In this document: positions 1 through 11,487 of the stretch, piece after piece
Position numbering within the stretch: the first letter of the stretch is position 1
How the letters are laid out: the number at the start of each line of letters is the position of its first letter
Virus record (IMG/VR): IMGVR_UViG_3300031608_001030
Location: 1-57,894 of that record
Origin: a virus
Taxonomy: Duplodnaviria; Caudoviricetes
Reading direction: 5' to 3' (one strand)
DNA length: 57,894 bases
The notes under the pieces: model-generated
What the model was told of the DNA's origin: nothing
Database searches by the model: none
What the model saw: the letters and a program-made list of their open reading frames with translations, nothing else
Made by a program: the position numbers and the translations under genes

Positions 1-77
1 TAACAGTTATTGCTTTCATCCAATTCCCATATATGGAAATCGTGTGGTCTTACTAAATATTGTGTTGGCTGTTCCAT
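1..77 (-). CDS. hypothetical protein, partial (runs off left edge)
   Basis: ATG at 77 after an AT-rich leader; reads MEQPTQYLVRPHDFHIWELDESNNC, open to the window edge. Confidence 0.5.
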   Translation of the reverse strand, partial: MEQPTQYLVRPHDFHIWELDESNNC

Positions 78-172
78 AATCTATTATTTTAAATTATACC
101 CTTACGGTACTTATTATACTCAATTTTGTTAGTTTATACCTTTACGGGTATAAGTTAGTATCACCATCCAAC

Positions 173-424
173 TTAATTAACTGTGTTACGTTTCAATACT
201 TCAATTAGTATCTTTAGTTCATTAGGGTCTGTAAATTTAACTGATGAATCATCGAATATTTCAACTTCCCACCCTCTCACTACATCATCACTTGCTTGCG
301 TAATTAAACATAGAGTTCCTATATCTAATGTATAGTAATGCCAATCATTCTCACTACCTGAGTTTTCTGCTGTTTCGATTTGTTTTTCAAATCCTAAATG
401 TGTAAGTGTTGCTTCTAATATCAT
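173..424 (-). CDS. hypothetical protein
   Basis: 83-aa ORF, ATGA overlap with the upstream gene. Confidence 0.7.
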   Translation of the reverse strand: MILEATLTHLGFEKQIETAENSGSENDWHYYTLDIGTLCLITQASDDVVRGWEVEIFDDSSVKFTDPNELKILIEVLKRNTVN

Positions 425-669
425 CCTATCAATTTTAATTTATCTATTCTATTTAATTTCTTTATATAGTACTCCCGCTTTGATGCGTTAGACCTATCTG
501 AATGTGGTTCTGAATATACTAAATTAACAGGCCGTCTTGTCTTAGTGTATTTAGCTCCTTTCTTAGAATCATTATGTTCTAATACTCGTCTATCTCTATC
601 TGTAGTGATTCCTGTGTATAGTGTATTATCCGAACACTTTACTATATATACCCACCAATCTTTAGCCAT
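421..669 (-). CDS. GIY-YIG nuclease (UPF0213/YhbQ-like)
   Basis: WWVYIVKCSDNTLYTGIT, R..EHN, GAKYTK.RRPV.LVY.E, A.KRE..IKKL motifs. Confidence 0.9.
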   Translation of the reverse strand: MAKDWWVYIVKCSDNTLYTGITTDRDRRVLEHNDSKKGAKYTKTRRPVNLVYSEPHSDRSNASKREYYIKKLNRIDKLKLIG

Positions 670-684
670 TTCTATTTTTCCGTT

Positions 685-870
685 CTAGTCAATATTATAG
701 TTATTTAAAGTTAACTGACTTTCGTTGAATATATGTAGTAATCCGAACTCATCCATTTCTGCTACAACCCTAACGTTCCCTTCTTTAGTTTTAAATACTG
801 ATACTATTGTACAAGGAAACTTATATCCTTTTTCTTTTGTGGCTTTATCACCTATTTTGAATTTATTCAT
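685..870 (-). CDS. small SH3-fold protein, DfrB/R67-DHFR-like
   Basis: FKIGDKATKEKG...IVSVF...VVAE...GLLHIF...L lines up by eye with the R67 core FGxGDRVRKKSG...IVGWY...YAVE...GSVQIY. Confidence 0.5.
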   Translation of the reverse strand: MNKFKIGDKATKEKGYKFPCTIVSVFKTKEGNVRVVAEMDEFGLLHIFNESQLTLNNYNID

Positions 871-1169
871 AGTTGTTGGTTCTTTATCTTTTTCATCATC
901 TTACGATACCTCTTCTGTAGTGTACCCACTTCAAGTAACTGAATATTTGATAATGGTCTAGTGTTAAATCTTAGTAGATTAACTAAAAGTGTTACCTCAT
1001 TTGGATATAGTATCAATTTACTATTTAATAGCTTTTTGATTCCATTACGGTCCTTTAACTTCTTTATACGGATACTAGCTTCCATACGTTTTATTTGGTC
1101 AACAGTCTTACCCTCTATACTACCCTCTTCGTGTAGTATTCGATTTGTATTGTATTTATTATTTATCAT
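867..1169 (-). CDS. hypothetical protein
   Basis: ORF-track 867..1205; ATG at 1169 chosen to minimise overlap. Confidence 0.6.
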   Translation of the reverse strand: MINNKYNTNRILHEEGSIEGKTVDQIKRMEASIRIKKLKDRNGIKKLLNSKLILYPNEVTLLVNLLRFNTRPLSNIQLLEVGTLQKRYRKMMKKIKNQQL

Positions 1170-1344
1170 CCGTATCCTTTTTCTTTGCTTTTGGCGCTCT
1201 TCCACGTTTTTTAGCTACTACATGTGTATCTTTCTTTACATTTTCTAAAATCTTTTGTAGATTGGCAATACAATTACGGTTACCACCATTTTCGATGGTA
1301 CGTTCAAGATTAGCTATAATCTCTGCTTTTTTCTTCTCACTCAT
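1159..1344 (-). CDS. small basic hypothetical protein
   Basis: 61 aa, KKRGRAPKAKK AT-hook-like tail. Confidence 0.6.
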   Translation of the reverse strand: MSEKKKAEIIANLERTIENGGNRNCIANLQKILENVKKDTHVVAKKRGRAPKAKKKDTDDK

Positions 1345-1362
1345 ATCTTTTATTTTGTTTTA

Positions 1363-1647
1363 TTAACGAACACGATTACACTCTATTTCTTTCACCGTAA
1401 CTCTGAATGTATTATCAGTTTTAATACCAACACATAATACATCTTTGATGAAGGTCTCTGCCATTTCTTCTGATTTAAAACAAATCGGTGATGTATAACA
1501 ATCCATACTTCCACAATTGGTTTCACTAGCGAATTTCTTATAAGATATTAATCCTAAGAATTTTCTCATATGATATACTCTATAGTAGGTATCAGATGCT
1601 TTTCCCATTTCATTGGTGTATTGGTTATGTTCTATGTAATATTTCAT
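1363..1647 (-). CDS. hypothetical protein
   Basis: 94-aa ORF directly downstream of a promoter motif. Confidence 0.7.
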   Translation of the reverse strand: MKYYIEHNQYTNEMGKASDTYYRVYHMRKFLGLISYKKFASETNCGSMDCYTSPICFKSEEMAETFIKDVLCVGIKTDNTFRVTVKEIECNRVR

Positions 1648-1650
1648 ATT

Positions 1651-1686
1651 GTAAATATACGAATTAATAATTGATTATCCTAATTT
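1651..1686 (-). promoter_or_regulatory. class-1 promoter (Bacteroidota-type -33/-7)
   Basis: minus strand AAATTAGG-N15-TTCGTATATTTAC; one of 21 fixed-spacing copies. Confidence 0.75.
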
Positions 1687-1986
1687 ATTTCGATGTATTT
1701 TAGGAATTAATTCACTTAATCGATGTAAGTTTATAGCCATACTGAGTTTTATATCTAATAATTCAGCCATTGGACCATCACCCTTCTTACATCTAAATTC
1801 AGACCACGGTAGTTGAATATATTTATGCTGTCTTAATACCACAAAACAAACGGTATTAACCTCATACACCCTATAACACCCGTCCCACTTATGAATATGA
1901 ATATAATCACCAGGTAAGCATGGCTTCTCCTTTTTGATTAATTCCTTATTTAAAAAGTAATACCATTTATTAAATGTGGCGTTCAT
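1675..1986 (-). CDS. hypothetical protein
   Basis: 103-aa ORF, TAATG coupling to the upstream gene. Confidence 0.65.
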   Translation of the reverse strand: MNATFNKWYYFLNKELIKKEKPCLPGDYIHIHKWDGCYRVYEVNTVCFVVLRQHKYIQLPWSEFRCKKGDGPMAELLDIKLSMAINLHRLSELIPKIHRNKLG

Positions 1987-2291
1987 TATAGTAGGATTTC
2001 TATTAAAAGTGGTGCTAATTTATATCCCACAAATGCCCCAATTGATGTTGGGATTGGGAATACTATGAATTTACCTAATGATGTTACATATTTAGGTCGA
2101 TTTACCACCTTACCTAAGTAGAAGTAATATATTAGATATGCAAATAACACAGCCATATCAATACCTGATGTTATTGTTACAATTACCATACTCCCTAATA
2201 GACCATAGATGAAGTTTGATAACACCCCATCAATCCATATTTCTCTCTTTGTTGAATCTTTATACTCTTCAATTAATTTATTCGGTTTCAT
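1986..2291 (-). CDS. small membrane protein
   Basis: three hydrophobic segments. Confidence 0.7.
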   Translation of the reverse strand: MKPNKLIEEYKDSTKREIWIDGVLSNFIYGLLGSMVIVTITSGIDMAVLFAYLIYYFYLGKVVNRPKYVTSLGKFIVFPIPTSIGAFVGYKLAPLLIEILL

Positions 2292-2322
2292 TTTTATTAT
2301 ATTTACTATTTCTTAATTTCAA

Positions 2323-2643
2323 TTATACTTCCCAATTGAACCACTTATGCGTTTCCTTCTTTGGCGGTTCTACTACCTCAACCTCAAACTCAGTAAAAGC
2401 CACAGGTGGCTTATAATCAGCCGATGGCGCCCATTCTGTTTCGAAATCTAAATTTGGTTGTATTTTGTACCGAACATCCACATCAGGTGGTTCTATACGT
2501 TTCCCCTTTATCTTTGGTTTTGGTGAAGCCCTATCCTTTAACATCTCAGGTCTATTTATCTTTATCCAATTAATATACCATGGTGCTATTATCCGTACTT
2601 GTTCTAACGTATATCCGGCGTATTTACCTGACCTGAATTTCAT
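2323..2643 (-). CDS. protein with DUF3820/ExoX-C-terminal-like motif
   Basis: N-terminal F.SGKYAG.TL.QV....PWYINW. Confidence 0.55.
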   Translation of the reverse strand: MKFRSGKYAGYTLEQVRIIAPWYINWIKINRPEMLKDRASPKPKIKGKRIEPPDVDVRYKIQPNLDFETEWAPSADYKPPVAFTEFEVEVVEPPKKETHKWFNWEV

Positions 2644-2846
2644 ATAGTACGTCTAACTCCGTTCACTACTACAACTTCATATCTACAATCACTCTTGCGA
2701 TTTGAATTCATTACTACACATATCTGTGATGCCTCTTCGAATGTATTGAATTCTAATATAGAACCCAAGCTATCGTTTAATACTACGGAAAAGTTCCTCT
2801 TTAGTGAGGTTTTTCTTATTTGATACGCTGATGTATGCTTACTCAT
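2640..2846 (-). CDS. hypothetical protein
   Basis: 68-aa ORF in a tightly packed run. Confidence 0.65.
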   Translation of the reverse strand: MSKHTSAYQIRKTSLKRNFSVVLNDSLGSILEFNTFEEASQICVVMNSNRKSDCRYEVVVVNGVRRTI

Positions 2847-2853
2847 AACTTAT

Positions 2854-3036
2854 TTATTTTTTAATTTCTATTGCCCACCCATATTTGATTCCATTAATCA
2901 TTCTATGCGTTATTGTGGTGTAATCACCTATCTTAGCACAGTATTCAAAATCACGAACTATCTGCTCTGCTCTAAATTCACCCTCTTCTTCTGATGTTAT
3001 TTGATATAGAGTTCCTTTGTATGTATAGGTAATCAT
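2854..3036 (-). CDS. hypothetical protein
   Basis: 60-aa ORF, ATGA overlap. Confidence 0.65.
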   Translation of the reverse strand: MITYTYKGTLYQITSEEEGEFRAEQIVRDFEYCAKIGDYTTITHRMINGIKYGWAIEIKK

Positions 3037-3260
3037 ATATTAAATGTGATACTATTATCATCCAATACTTCGTGTAGTTGGTCTCTTACAGTTTGGAGGA
3101 GCTCCTCTTCGGTTTCTGTAAATTCCTCGTTATTGTATTTAATTTTACCCCTCAACCACTGGTCTAACTCATACATAGCATCATGCCAATTATTACCATT
3201 AACTGCTAAGTTAAACTCTTCCCTATCTTCGGGTAATTCAAATTCTAATTTTGCTTTCAT
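3033..3260 (-). CDS. phage hypothetical protein
   Basis: MKAKLEFELPED.EEF..A...W.....LDQWLR, a pattern recalled from other phage small proteins. Confidence 0.75.
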   Translation of the reverse strand: MKAKLEFELPEDREEFNLAVNGNNWHDAMYELDQWLRGKIKYNNEEFTETEEELLQTVRDQLHEVLDDNSITFNI

Positions 3261-3262
3261 AA

Positions 3263-3808
3263 CTATTTTATTTTAATATCCAATTTGTATTTTCTACCAC
3301 TTTGCTTAGTATATTCTATGTGCTTTGGTTTTAATGAATATTCAGTTCTCGCCAAACGTTTAACGTACCTATCACCTAACCCTTGTTTAAGATATGCGAT
3401 TGTTAAATGTGGGTGGTATATTGGAAAATCAGTAGTATGTGGTAGTGTTCTCAGTGCTGTATTACTTTCACTTAGATTCTTACCATCTACATCGAATTTT
3501 AGTACATCATACTTCTGTTTGAATAGTGATACATTATTAAGTTTACAATTTGAATATGAAAAGTTACCTAATTTAGATTCAATATCATTTTCAGTAACAT
3601 TTCCATGTAATCCGTATAATAATGTAATATGTGCATCTTGTTTAAGTCCAAATTTACCATTGTCGCCTGAGAATGAGTAAATATGTGATGGTGTTATTGC
3701 CGCGTGTATGTTGGTTAGTTCAAAGAAAGAGAAGTGTAGCATTACACATCCAAAGTCGTATCTTTTTGGGTTCGCTTCATAGAATGCAGGTATTATCTCT
3801 GATATCAT
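3263..3808 (-). CDS. acb1: 2H phosphoesterase, Acb1 (T4 gp57B)-like anti-CBASS candidate
   Basis: two HxT motifs: AHITLLYG and YHPHLTIAY; standalone 181 aa with its own promoter. Confidence 0.7.
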   Translation of the reverse strand: MISEIIPAFYEANPKRYDFGCVMLHFSFFELTNIHAAITPSHIYSFSGDNGKFGLKQDAHITLLYGLHGNVTENDIESKLGNFSYSNCKLNNVSLFKQKYDVLKFDVDGKNLSESNTALRTLPHTTDFPIYHPHLTIAYLKQGLGDRYVKRLARTEYSLKPKHIEYTKQSGRKYKLDIKIK

Positions 3809-3831
3809 AACTGTTTAGTTGTTTTGTTTAT

Positions 3832-3867
3832 ACAAATATACGACAATTATTCCACAAAACCTAATTT
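3832..3867 (-). promoter_or_regulatory. class-1 promoter
   Basis: minus strand AAATTAGG...GTCGTATATTTGT (contains TAnnTTTG). Confidence 0.75.
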
Positions 3868-3874
3868 ATTAACA

Positions 3875-3903
3875 CAAAAAAGCCCATATTTCTATGAGCT
3901 TTT
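3875..3903 (-). terminator. intrinsic terminator
   Basis: minus strand AAAGCTCATA-GAAA-TATGGGCTTT followed by a T-run. Confidence 0.75.
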
Positions 3904-3975
3904 AAGGGTTAAAAGACCTACCCTGGGACGCTGTTCAAATGGGTAGCGTAGTAGGTACTGTTATACTTTTATAAT

Positions 3976-4506
3976 TTAGTTATTAAATCCACCGAATCCA
4001 CCGAATCCACGGTTGGTAAATCTACTAAACCAAGAACCGGGTGTTTGTTTTTGTAATGATGAAAACTTAACCGCTGGGGAAACCTTTACTGTTGGTTGTG
4101 CTATCGGCGTTGCAATAGCTGGTTTTACCTTTATAGGACTTGTTGGGAATTGTGGTTTAATATTCTTCACCAAATCATCTCTTAATATTGGTCTAGGACC
4201 TCCACCTTTTTGTGGAATATCTTTAATTGGAGTAGGTTTAATTGGAGTAGGAGTTGCCGCTACTGTAATACCCAATACACCATTATATGCGTTCGTTGCC
4301 TCATTCATAACATTTCCAGCCTTTTTACCAGCCGAACCACCTGCACTCATTGGTACATTTTCTATAACGTAATCAGCCAATTTCTTACTAAGAACGTAAG
4401 TATTTTCGAATAACGGTTGTCCTAAATACCCTTGAGTTTTTAGTAATTGTTCCGCTTCAACAAATACGTCTGCTTGATAATCTGTAAATATAATTTCTTC
4501 TGCCAT
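3976..4506 (-). CDS. Pro/Gly-rich low-complexity protein
   Basis: 176 aa; PTPIK repeats, GGFGGF tail; class-2 motif at 4539-4546. Confidence 0.7.
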   Translation of the reverse strand: MAEEIIFTDYQADVFVEAEQLLKTQGYLGQPLFENTYVLSKKLADYVIENVPMSAGGSAGKKAGNVMNEATNAYNGVLGITVAATPTPIKPTPIKDIPQKGGGPRPILRDDLVKNIKPQFPTSPIKVKPAIATPIAQPTVKVSPAVKFSSLQKQTPGSWFSRFTNRGFGGFGGFNN

Positions 4507-4566
4507 AATGGTTTCCTTTTAATCTTTTTGTTGTTATATATAAATATGAGAATATTTCTTTTTACA

Positions 4567-5694
4567 CTAATTTTTAGTGTATTCTCTTAAAAATGTGTTT
4601 TGGTATGTTGTATTATTCAAAATTAACCAATCCATACACTGTCTAATTGCCTTATTATCGGCTTTCAAGCATTGGTTAAATCTACTAATTCTGGGTGTTA
4701 ATTTCTCTTCTATCAATGTATCTGTAGATATGATATGTGATGCTGATTGTAACCAACTCATAAGAGTTCCAGTAAATATCACATCATTTATACGGTCGTT
4801 TTTATCTTTTGATAGTTGGGATACTATATCAAATAAAGCTGTACTTAAATTACCTGCGATAATTGGTGCATTGGATTGAATTTGGAAAACAGTTTGATTA
4901 TTTACGGTGTATTCCTGTACATCAAATAGCGATTTAAGTTTAGATTGCATATCGATATTACCAATGTTTAAGTAAATTCTCTGTAATATATTTACCGTAT
5001 GTATATCAGAGCTATCGAAGAAATTGTAATTTATACAATATTTCATTGAATCTTTAACATTATATGAAACGTATATTTCATCACCAATGTTATATTCCCT
5101 AGCTGATAGGAATTTGTATGATGGGTACTCACCCTCGTTTGCTATGTACATCGGATTACCATTACGTGCATTATGATTGAATAAATCGAATCCCGGCATA
5201 AATCCAAATTCCCATGCTCTGGACTCTTTCATTAGAATCATCATTTCAACTGTATCCTTAGAGCAATTATATTCCGATACGATTCTATCCCTCACTACGG
5301 TTGTACTTTTTATATAATCAATCACATTAGAATGTACTAATGGGGATAAAGTGAACAGCGTTTCCAATTCTGCTGGGGATGAATGATATGTAGCATTACA
5401 CTTCAATCCATCAATATCCGGCTGTATGGTGTTGAACCATGGCGTTAGTGTTGAATCAACACCCTTTTCATATTCAACTGCGTACTTACCAATCATTTCA
5501 TCAATACTACCATATATCAGTGTCGATGGAAGGTTACTACTAATTAGAACCTCACTACTGTTAATCTTACCAGTAGCGAACATCCCCCACCGACCATCTA
5601 CACATTTACGGTCAATATTAGGATTAATCTGTAGATTCCAAGAAGAACCCATTGAAATTAGAGATGTTAAATCATATGCCTCACTTTCCTTCAT
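4567..5694 (-). CDS. SET-domain methyltransferase (LSMT/SETD3-like)
   Basis: RWGMFATGKI, SRAW, FMPGFDLFNH, GDEIYVSY motifs. Confidence 0.8.
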   Translation of the reverse strand: MKESEAYDLTSLISMGSSWNLQINPNIDRKCVDGRWGMFATGKINSSEVLISSNLPSTLIYGSIDEMIGKYAVEYEKGVDSTLTPWFNTIQPDIDGLKCNATYHSSPAELETLFTLSPLVHSNVIDYIKSTTVVRDRIVSEYNCSKDTVEMMILMKESRAWEFGFMPGFDLFNHNARNGNPMYIANEGEYPSYKFLSAREYNIGDEIYVSYNVKDSMKYCINYNFFDSSDIHTVNILQRIYLNIGNIDMQSKLKSLFDVQEYTVNNQTVFQIQSNAPIIAGNLSTALFDIVSQLSKDKNDRINDVIFTGTLMSWLQSASHIISTDTLIEEKLTPRISRFNQCLKADNKAIRQCMDWLILNNTTYQNTFLREYTKN

Positions 5695-5814
5695 ATCGGA
5701 TTTAATTTAAGTAGTTCTTCGTAATCTCAAGTATTGACCCAATGTTGTATAGGGCCGTTTAGCCAATGAGTGTTTTCTTTTTCCTAGTCTTGTTTCTGTT
5801 TTTGTAATCATAAT

Positions 5815-6081
5815 CTATAAGTCTATTTCGAAATCAAATAAATCTAAATCACCCAGTCCATCGGATACAGTTGTATCCCAATCAGATAAATTATCATTTT
5901 TGAATTCATTTTCTTTTATTTCTGTTGCAAGTGATGTAGCACATGCTATTATATTATCAACCCACGCAGACTGTGCTGTCGTTAGATTTTTATCAATTGA
6001 TACAATATGTTGTCCTCCTGATGAGTTCACTAATATCAATGAGTTACTGTTAATTATTATGTTCTGTATTATTACCTTCAT
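5815..6081 (-). CDS. hypothetical protein
   Basis: ORF-track 5815..6117; ATG at 6081 preferred; acidic DWDTTVSDGL tail. Confidence 0.6.
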   Translation of the reverse strand: MKVIIQNIIINSNSLILVNSSGGQHIVSIDKNLTTAQSAWVDNIIACATSLATEIKENEFKNDNLSDWDTTVSDGLGDLDLFDFEIDL

Positions 6082-6319
6082 CCTGCTGTTTTTCTTTTTT
6101 ATATAACTCGTACACATCCCACAATTCCCATAACATTGTTAAATCCTTAGATGATAACCTAATTTCATCCTTTGGTATATCAACTAACCATACATACAAT
6201 GCGTAATAACTTTTCACATCGTACACAGACCACATTTCATGTAACCATAACTTTAATTCAATAACTGAATTTTGTTGTGTTGGGGACATATCACCGTACT
6301 TTATTCCTACTTCTTTCAT
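6050..6319 (-). CDS. hypothetical protein
   Basis: 89-aa ORF. Confidence 0.6.
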   Translation of the reverse strand: MKEVGIKYGDMSPTQQNSVIELKLWLHEMWSVYDVKSYYALYVWLVDIPKDEIRLSSKDLTMLWELWDVYELYKKEKQQDEGNNTEHNN

Positions 6320-6331
6320 TTATGTTATTTT

Positions 6332-6727
6332 TTAATCGGGTTTTAAAAATATACTATATGAATCAAAAAACATTCTACCTGCCTCTTTACTCAATTTAGT
6401 TAAATCCATCTTAAAGAATTCCTTCTTTTCTACGAATCGTAATTCATCATGCTCAAGCATCTTAGCCTTACCACCTAATAATTGTAATATAAATGGTGTA
6501 AACTCAATATCAGATTTGGTTATAGTTCTGAGTTGATGAAATGGGTTTATATCTATATTCAACTCCTCTTGCCATTCACGTTTACACGCAGTCCACTCAT
6601 CCTCACCTTCATCAATTTTCCCTCCAGGGAATTCCCATTTAGATGGATATGAGTTATTATTTGATTTTCGTTTTCCTATTAATACAGTATTACCTCTAAT
6701 CAATATCCCACATACTACCTTTATCAT
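6332..6727 (-). CDS. MutT-like Nudix hydrolase
   Basis: WEFPGGKIDEGE.....CKREWQEELNI Nudix box. Confidence 0.9.
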   Translation of the reverse strand: MIKVVCGILIRGNTVLIGKRKSNNNSYPSKWEFPGGKIDEGEDEWTACKREWQEELNIDINPFHQLRTITKSDIEFTPFILQLLGGKAKMLEHDELRFVEKKEFFKMDLTKLSKEAGRMFFDSYSIFLKPD

Positions 6728-6888
6728 TCATCAAATTATTTAACTTACTATATAGTCCTATGGTTAACTCCGTTTGATTATTCAACGGCCATAGGATACC
6801 CAAATACTCAAATGAGTATTGTTGTGTTATTGGTTCGGTGTTATTGAATATACTATTATCAAACATATTTCTTTTTTGTTATTACTAT

Positions 6889-6923
6889 GTAAATATACAA
6901 CTTATTTTGTATAAAACCTAATT
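6889..6923 (-). promoter_or_regulatory. class-1 promoter
   Basis: minus strand AATTAGG...TTGTATATTTAC, same spacing. Confidence 0.7.
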
Positions 6924-6950
6924 AATCTACTATTATTTTATAATACCATA

Positions 6951-9710
<2,760 letters not shown>

Positions 9711-9711
9711 A

Positions 9712-9924
9712 TTACTTACTATTTGTAGTTGGAGTAGGTAGTATGAATCTAATCATTAACATTGTCCAAAATGTATCCCAAAATGTTAATTGTGGTAATT
9801 CGAATTTAATTGCTACTATATGATTCCATATGTACCAAGTCGGTCCGGCGAATAATAACGCCACTAATAATGCAACACCAATTGCTGATATTGCTCCTAA
9901 TAATATTTTCATAACTGTTTTCAT
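9712..9924 (-). CDS. small membrane protein
   Basis: hydrophobic; W..WN.....F.LPQLTFW. Confidence 0.7.
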   Translation of the reverse strand: MKTVMKILLGAISAIGVALLVALLFAGPTWYIWNHIVAIKFELPQLTFWDTFWTMLMIRFILPTPTTNSK

Positions 9925-9937
9925 TTACATATAAGTA

Positions 9938-10162
9938 TTAAAGTTTATATTTTAAAATCAATCTTTCCAAAAATTGGAAGTCTTTTTTTACTAAAAGATA
10001 CCCAAACTCCATAGAGCGGGTGGTTATTTTGTGTAATTTACTTCTATCCCGCCATTGTGGAATCCCATTTAGATTACCACTTTTTAGGATAACACCCTTC
10101 ACATACATTAACACATGCATCTGTTGAGTAAGTATTGAATCGTATATGTTTTCTATTTCCAT
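9938..10162 (-). CDS. hypothetical protein
   Basis: 74-aa ORF. Confidence 0.6.
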   Translation of the reverse strand: MEIENIYDSILTQQMHVLMYVKGVILKSGNLNGIPQWRDRSKLHKITTRSMEFGYLLVKKDFQFLERLILKYKL

Positions 10163-10497
10163 AAAATTTGTATTAACACTAACGATAATGCCAAGATTAA
10201 CGATACTGTTGTTTTTGTTGTAATACCCTCACCTAAAAAATACCAAGTGAAAAAGGTAAATGAGATGATACCCATACCAAATCCTAATAATCGGTTTTCC
10301 CAAACAGTTCCACCGAAATAGGCTACTGTATAACCTGTACCTGTAATGAATAAATATGATACTAATGTACCACCAACTAACGATATAATGAACGGATTAT
10401 TTTTAAACCATGGTATAAAGAATTGACCATTGGTTTGAAAGAATATTAGTATCTGTCCTATAAAGGTTAGGGATAGTCCTATTAGTAATCCTCTCAT
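10153..10497 (-). CDS. four-helix membrane protein (SMR/EamA-like topology)
   Basis: four hydrophobic segments, FLGE.IT motif. Confidence 0.7.
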   Translation of the reverse strand: MRGLLIGLSLTFIGQILIFFQTNGQFFIPWFKNNPFIISLVGGTLVSYLFITGTGYTVAYFGGTVWENRLLGFGMGIISFTFFTWYFLGEGITTKTTVSLILALSLVLIQILWK

Positions 10498-10724
10498 ATA
10501 TCTAAATATTCATCTATTTCATCTGATATTATGCGTAACATTGTATTTCTCTGTGCTACCTTGATATCAGCTGTATATCTTCTTCTTAATTCATCGTAGT
10601 ATTCAATATACTTTACTACTTCCCCTTTCTTTGAGCCATGATATCCTTCATACTCAACATTTCTACTTATTAAAGAGATGCTCTTAGCTAAATCCTCAAT
10701 CTTTTCTTTGTTTGTTATCTTCAT
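10494..10724 (-). CDS. hypothetical protein
   Basis: 76-aa ORF, ATGA overlaps on both sides. Confidence 0.65.
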   Translation of the reverse strand: MKITNKEKIEDLAKSISLISRNVEYEGYHGSKKGEVVKYIEYYDELRRRYTADIKVAQRNTMLRIISDEIDEYLDI

Positions 10725-10894
10725 TCGTTTTCTGTATAATCCACATATCCATCATCGTATATATGGGGTTCATTATTATCTATAGATGAGGATAAGTATT
10801 GCTCATACTCATAATCTACATCTATCTCCGTGTCGTTTAATGGGTCTCTACCCGCCATCCGTTCTTCTTCAATCCATCTCTTAGTTAAACTCAT
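10721..10894 (-). CDS. acidic hypothetical protein
   Basis: ATG at 10894 just downstream of a promoter. Confidence 0.6.
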   Translation of the reverse strand: MSLTKRWIEEERMAGRDPLNDTEIDVDYEYEQYLSSSIDNNEPHIYDDGYVDYTENE

Positions 10895-10897
10895 ACT

Positions 10898-10930
10898 ACA
10901 AATATACACATTTTTATTGGAACTACCAAA
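10898..10930 (-). promoter_or_regulatory. class-1 promoter
   Basis: minus strand TTTGG...GTGTATATTTGT: both Bacteroidota boxes (TTTG, TAnnTTTG). Confidence 0.75.
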
Positions 10931-11486
10931 AGTTTTTATCGATTTCTCCGTTTATAAATTCTTTTTGTTTCTTAATTGCGGCTTTTAACTCAGTTTTATT
11001 GATTGAAGTTGGGTTTGGTTTTACCACTTTCTTTTTTACTACCTTCTTTTTTACTACCTTCTTTTTTACTACCTTCTTTTTTACTACCTTCTTTTTTACT
11101 ACAATTGGGCTAGCCTTTTTCTTAATAATCACAGATTTAGGTGGTATCGGAGGTGGGTTGGTAATTAAATATTTACCCTCACGATGGTCTGATACTTTTT
11201 TCTTTTCGTTTGCTGTAATTGATTTTGTTAGTACAGATGAAATGTAACAATACGGGTCATCAGGATCATCTAATTCCATTGTATGGTATATACACCCAAT
11301 CCTACCAGTCGATTTTATAGAATATTGTGCATTCTTAGTTACCTTTTCAAAGGTTAATGCTGATATAAATCCACAATCACGCTCACCGTACCATTTGAAT
11401 ACAATGGGTGTACCAACTTTGAATTGGTGTTTCTTTTTGTGTCTTTTACCTTTATTTACATTCTTTACATTTGGTAGTCTATACAT
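10923..11486 (-). CDS. basic protein with KKKVV repeats
   Basis: 187 aa; (KKKVV)x5; ends DKNFW. Confidence 0.75.
   Translation of the reverse strand: MYRLPNVKNVNKGKRHKKKHQFKVGTPIVFKWYGERDCGFISALTFEKVTKNAQYSIKSTGRIGCIYHTMELDDPDDPYCYISSVLTKSITANEKKKVSDHREGKYLITNPPPIPPKSVIIKKKASPIVVKKKVVKKKVVKKKVVKKKVVKKKVVKPNPTSINKTELKAAIKKQKEFINGEIDKNFW
11029..11102. repeat. 15-bp coding tandem repeat, 5 copies
   Basis: TTCTTTTTTACTACC repeated; encodes VVKKK on the minus strand. Confidence 0.95.
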
Positions 11487-11487
11487 A

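Noticed and set aside
5707-6866. Very short ORFs at 5707..5811 (34 aa, basic) and one starting at 6866
   Set aside because: Plausible gap fillers, the second downstream of a promoter, but no motif support, so not listed as features
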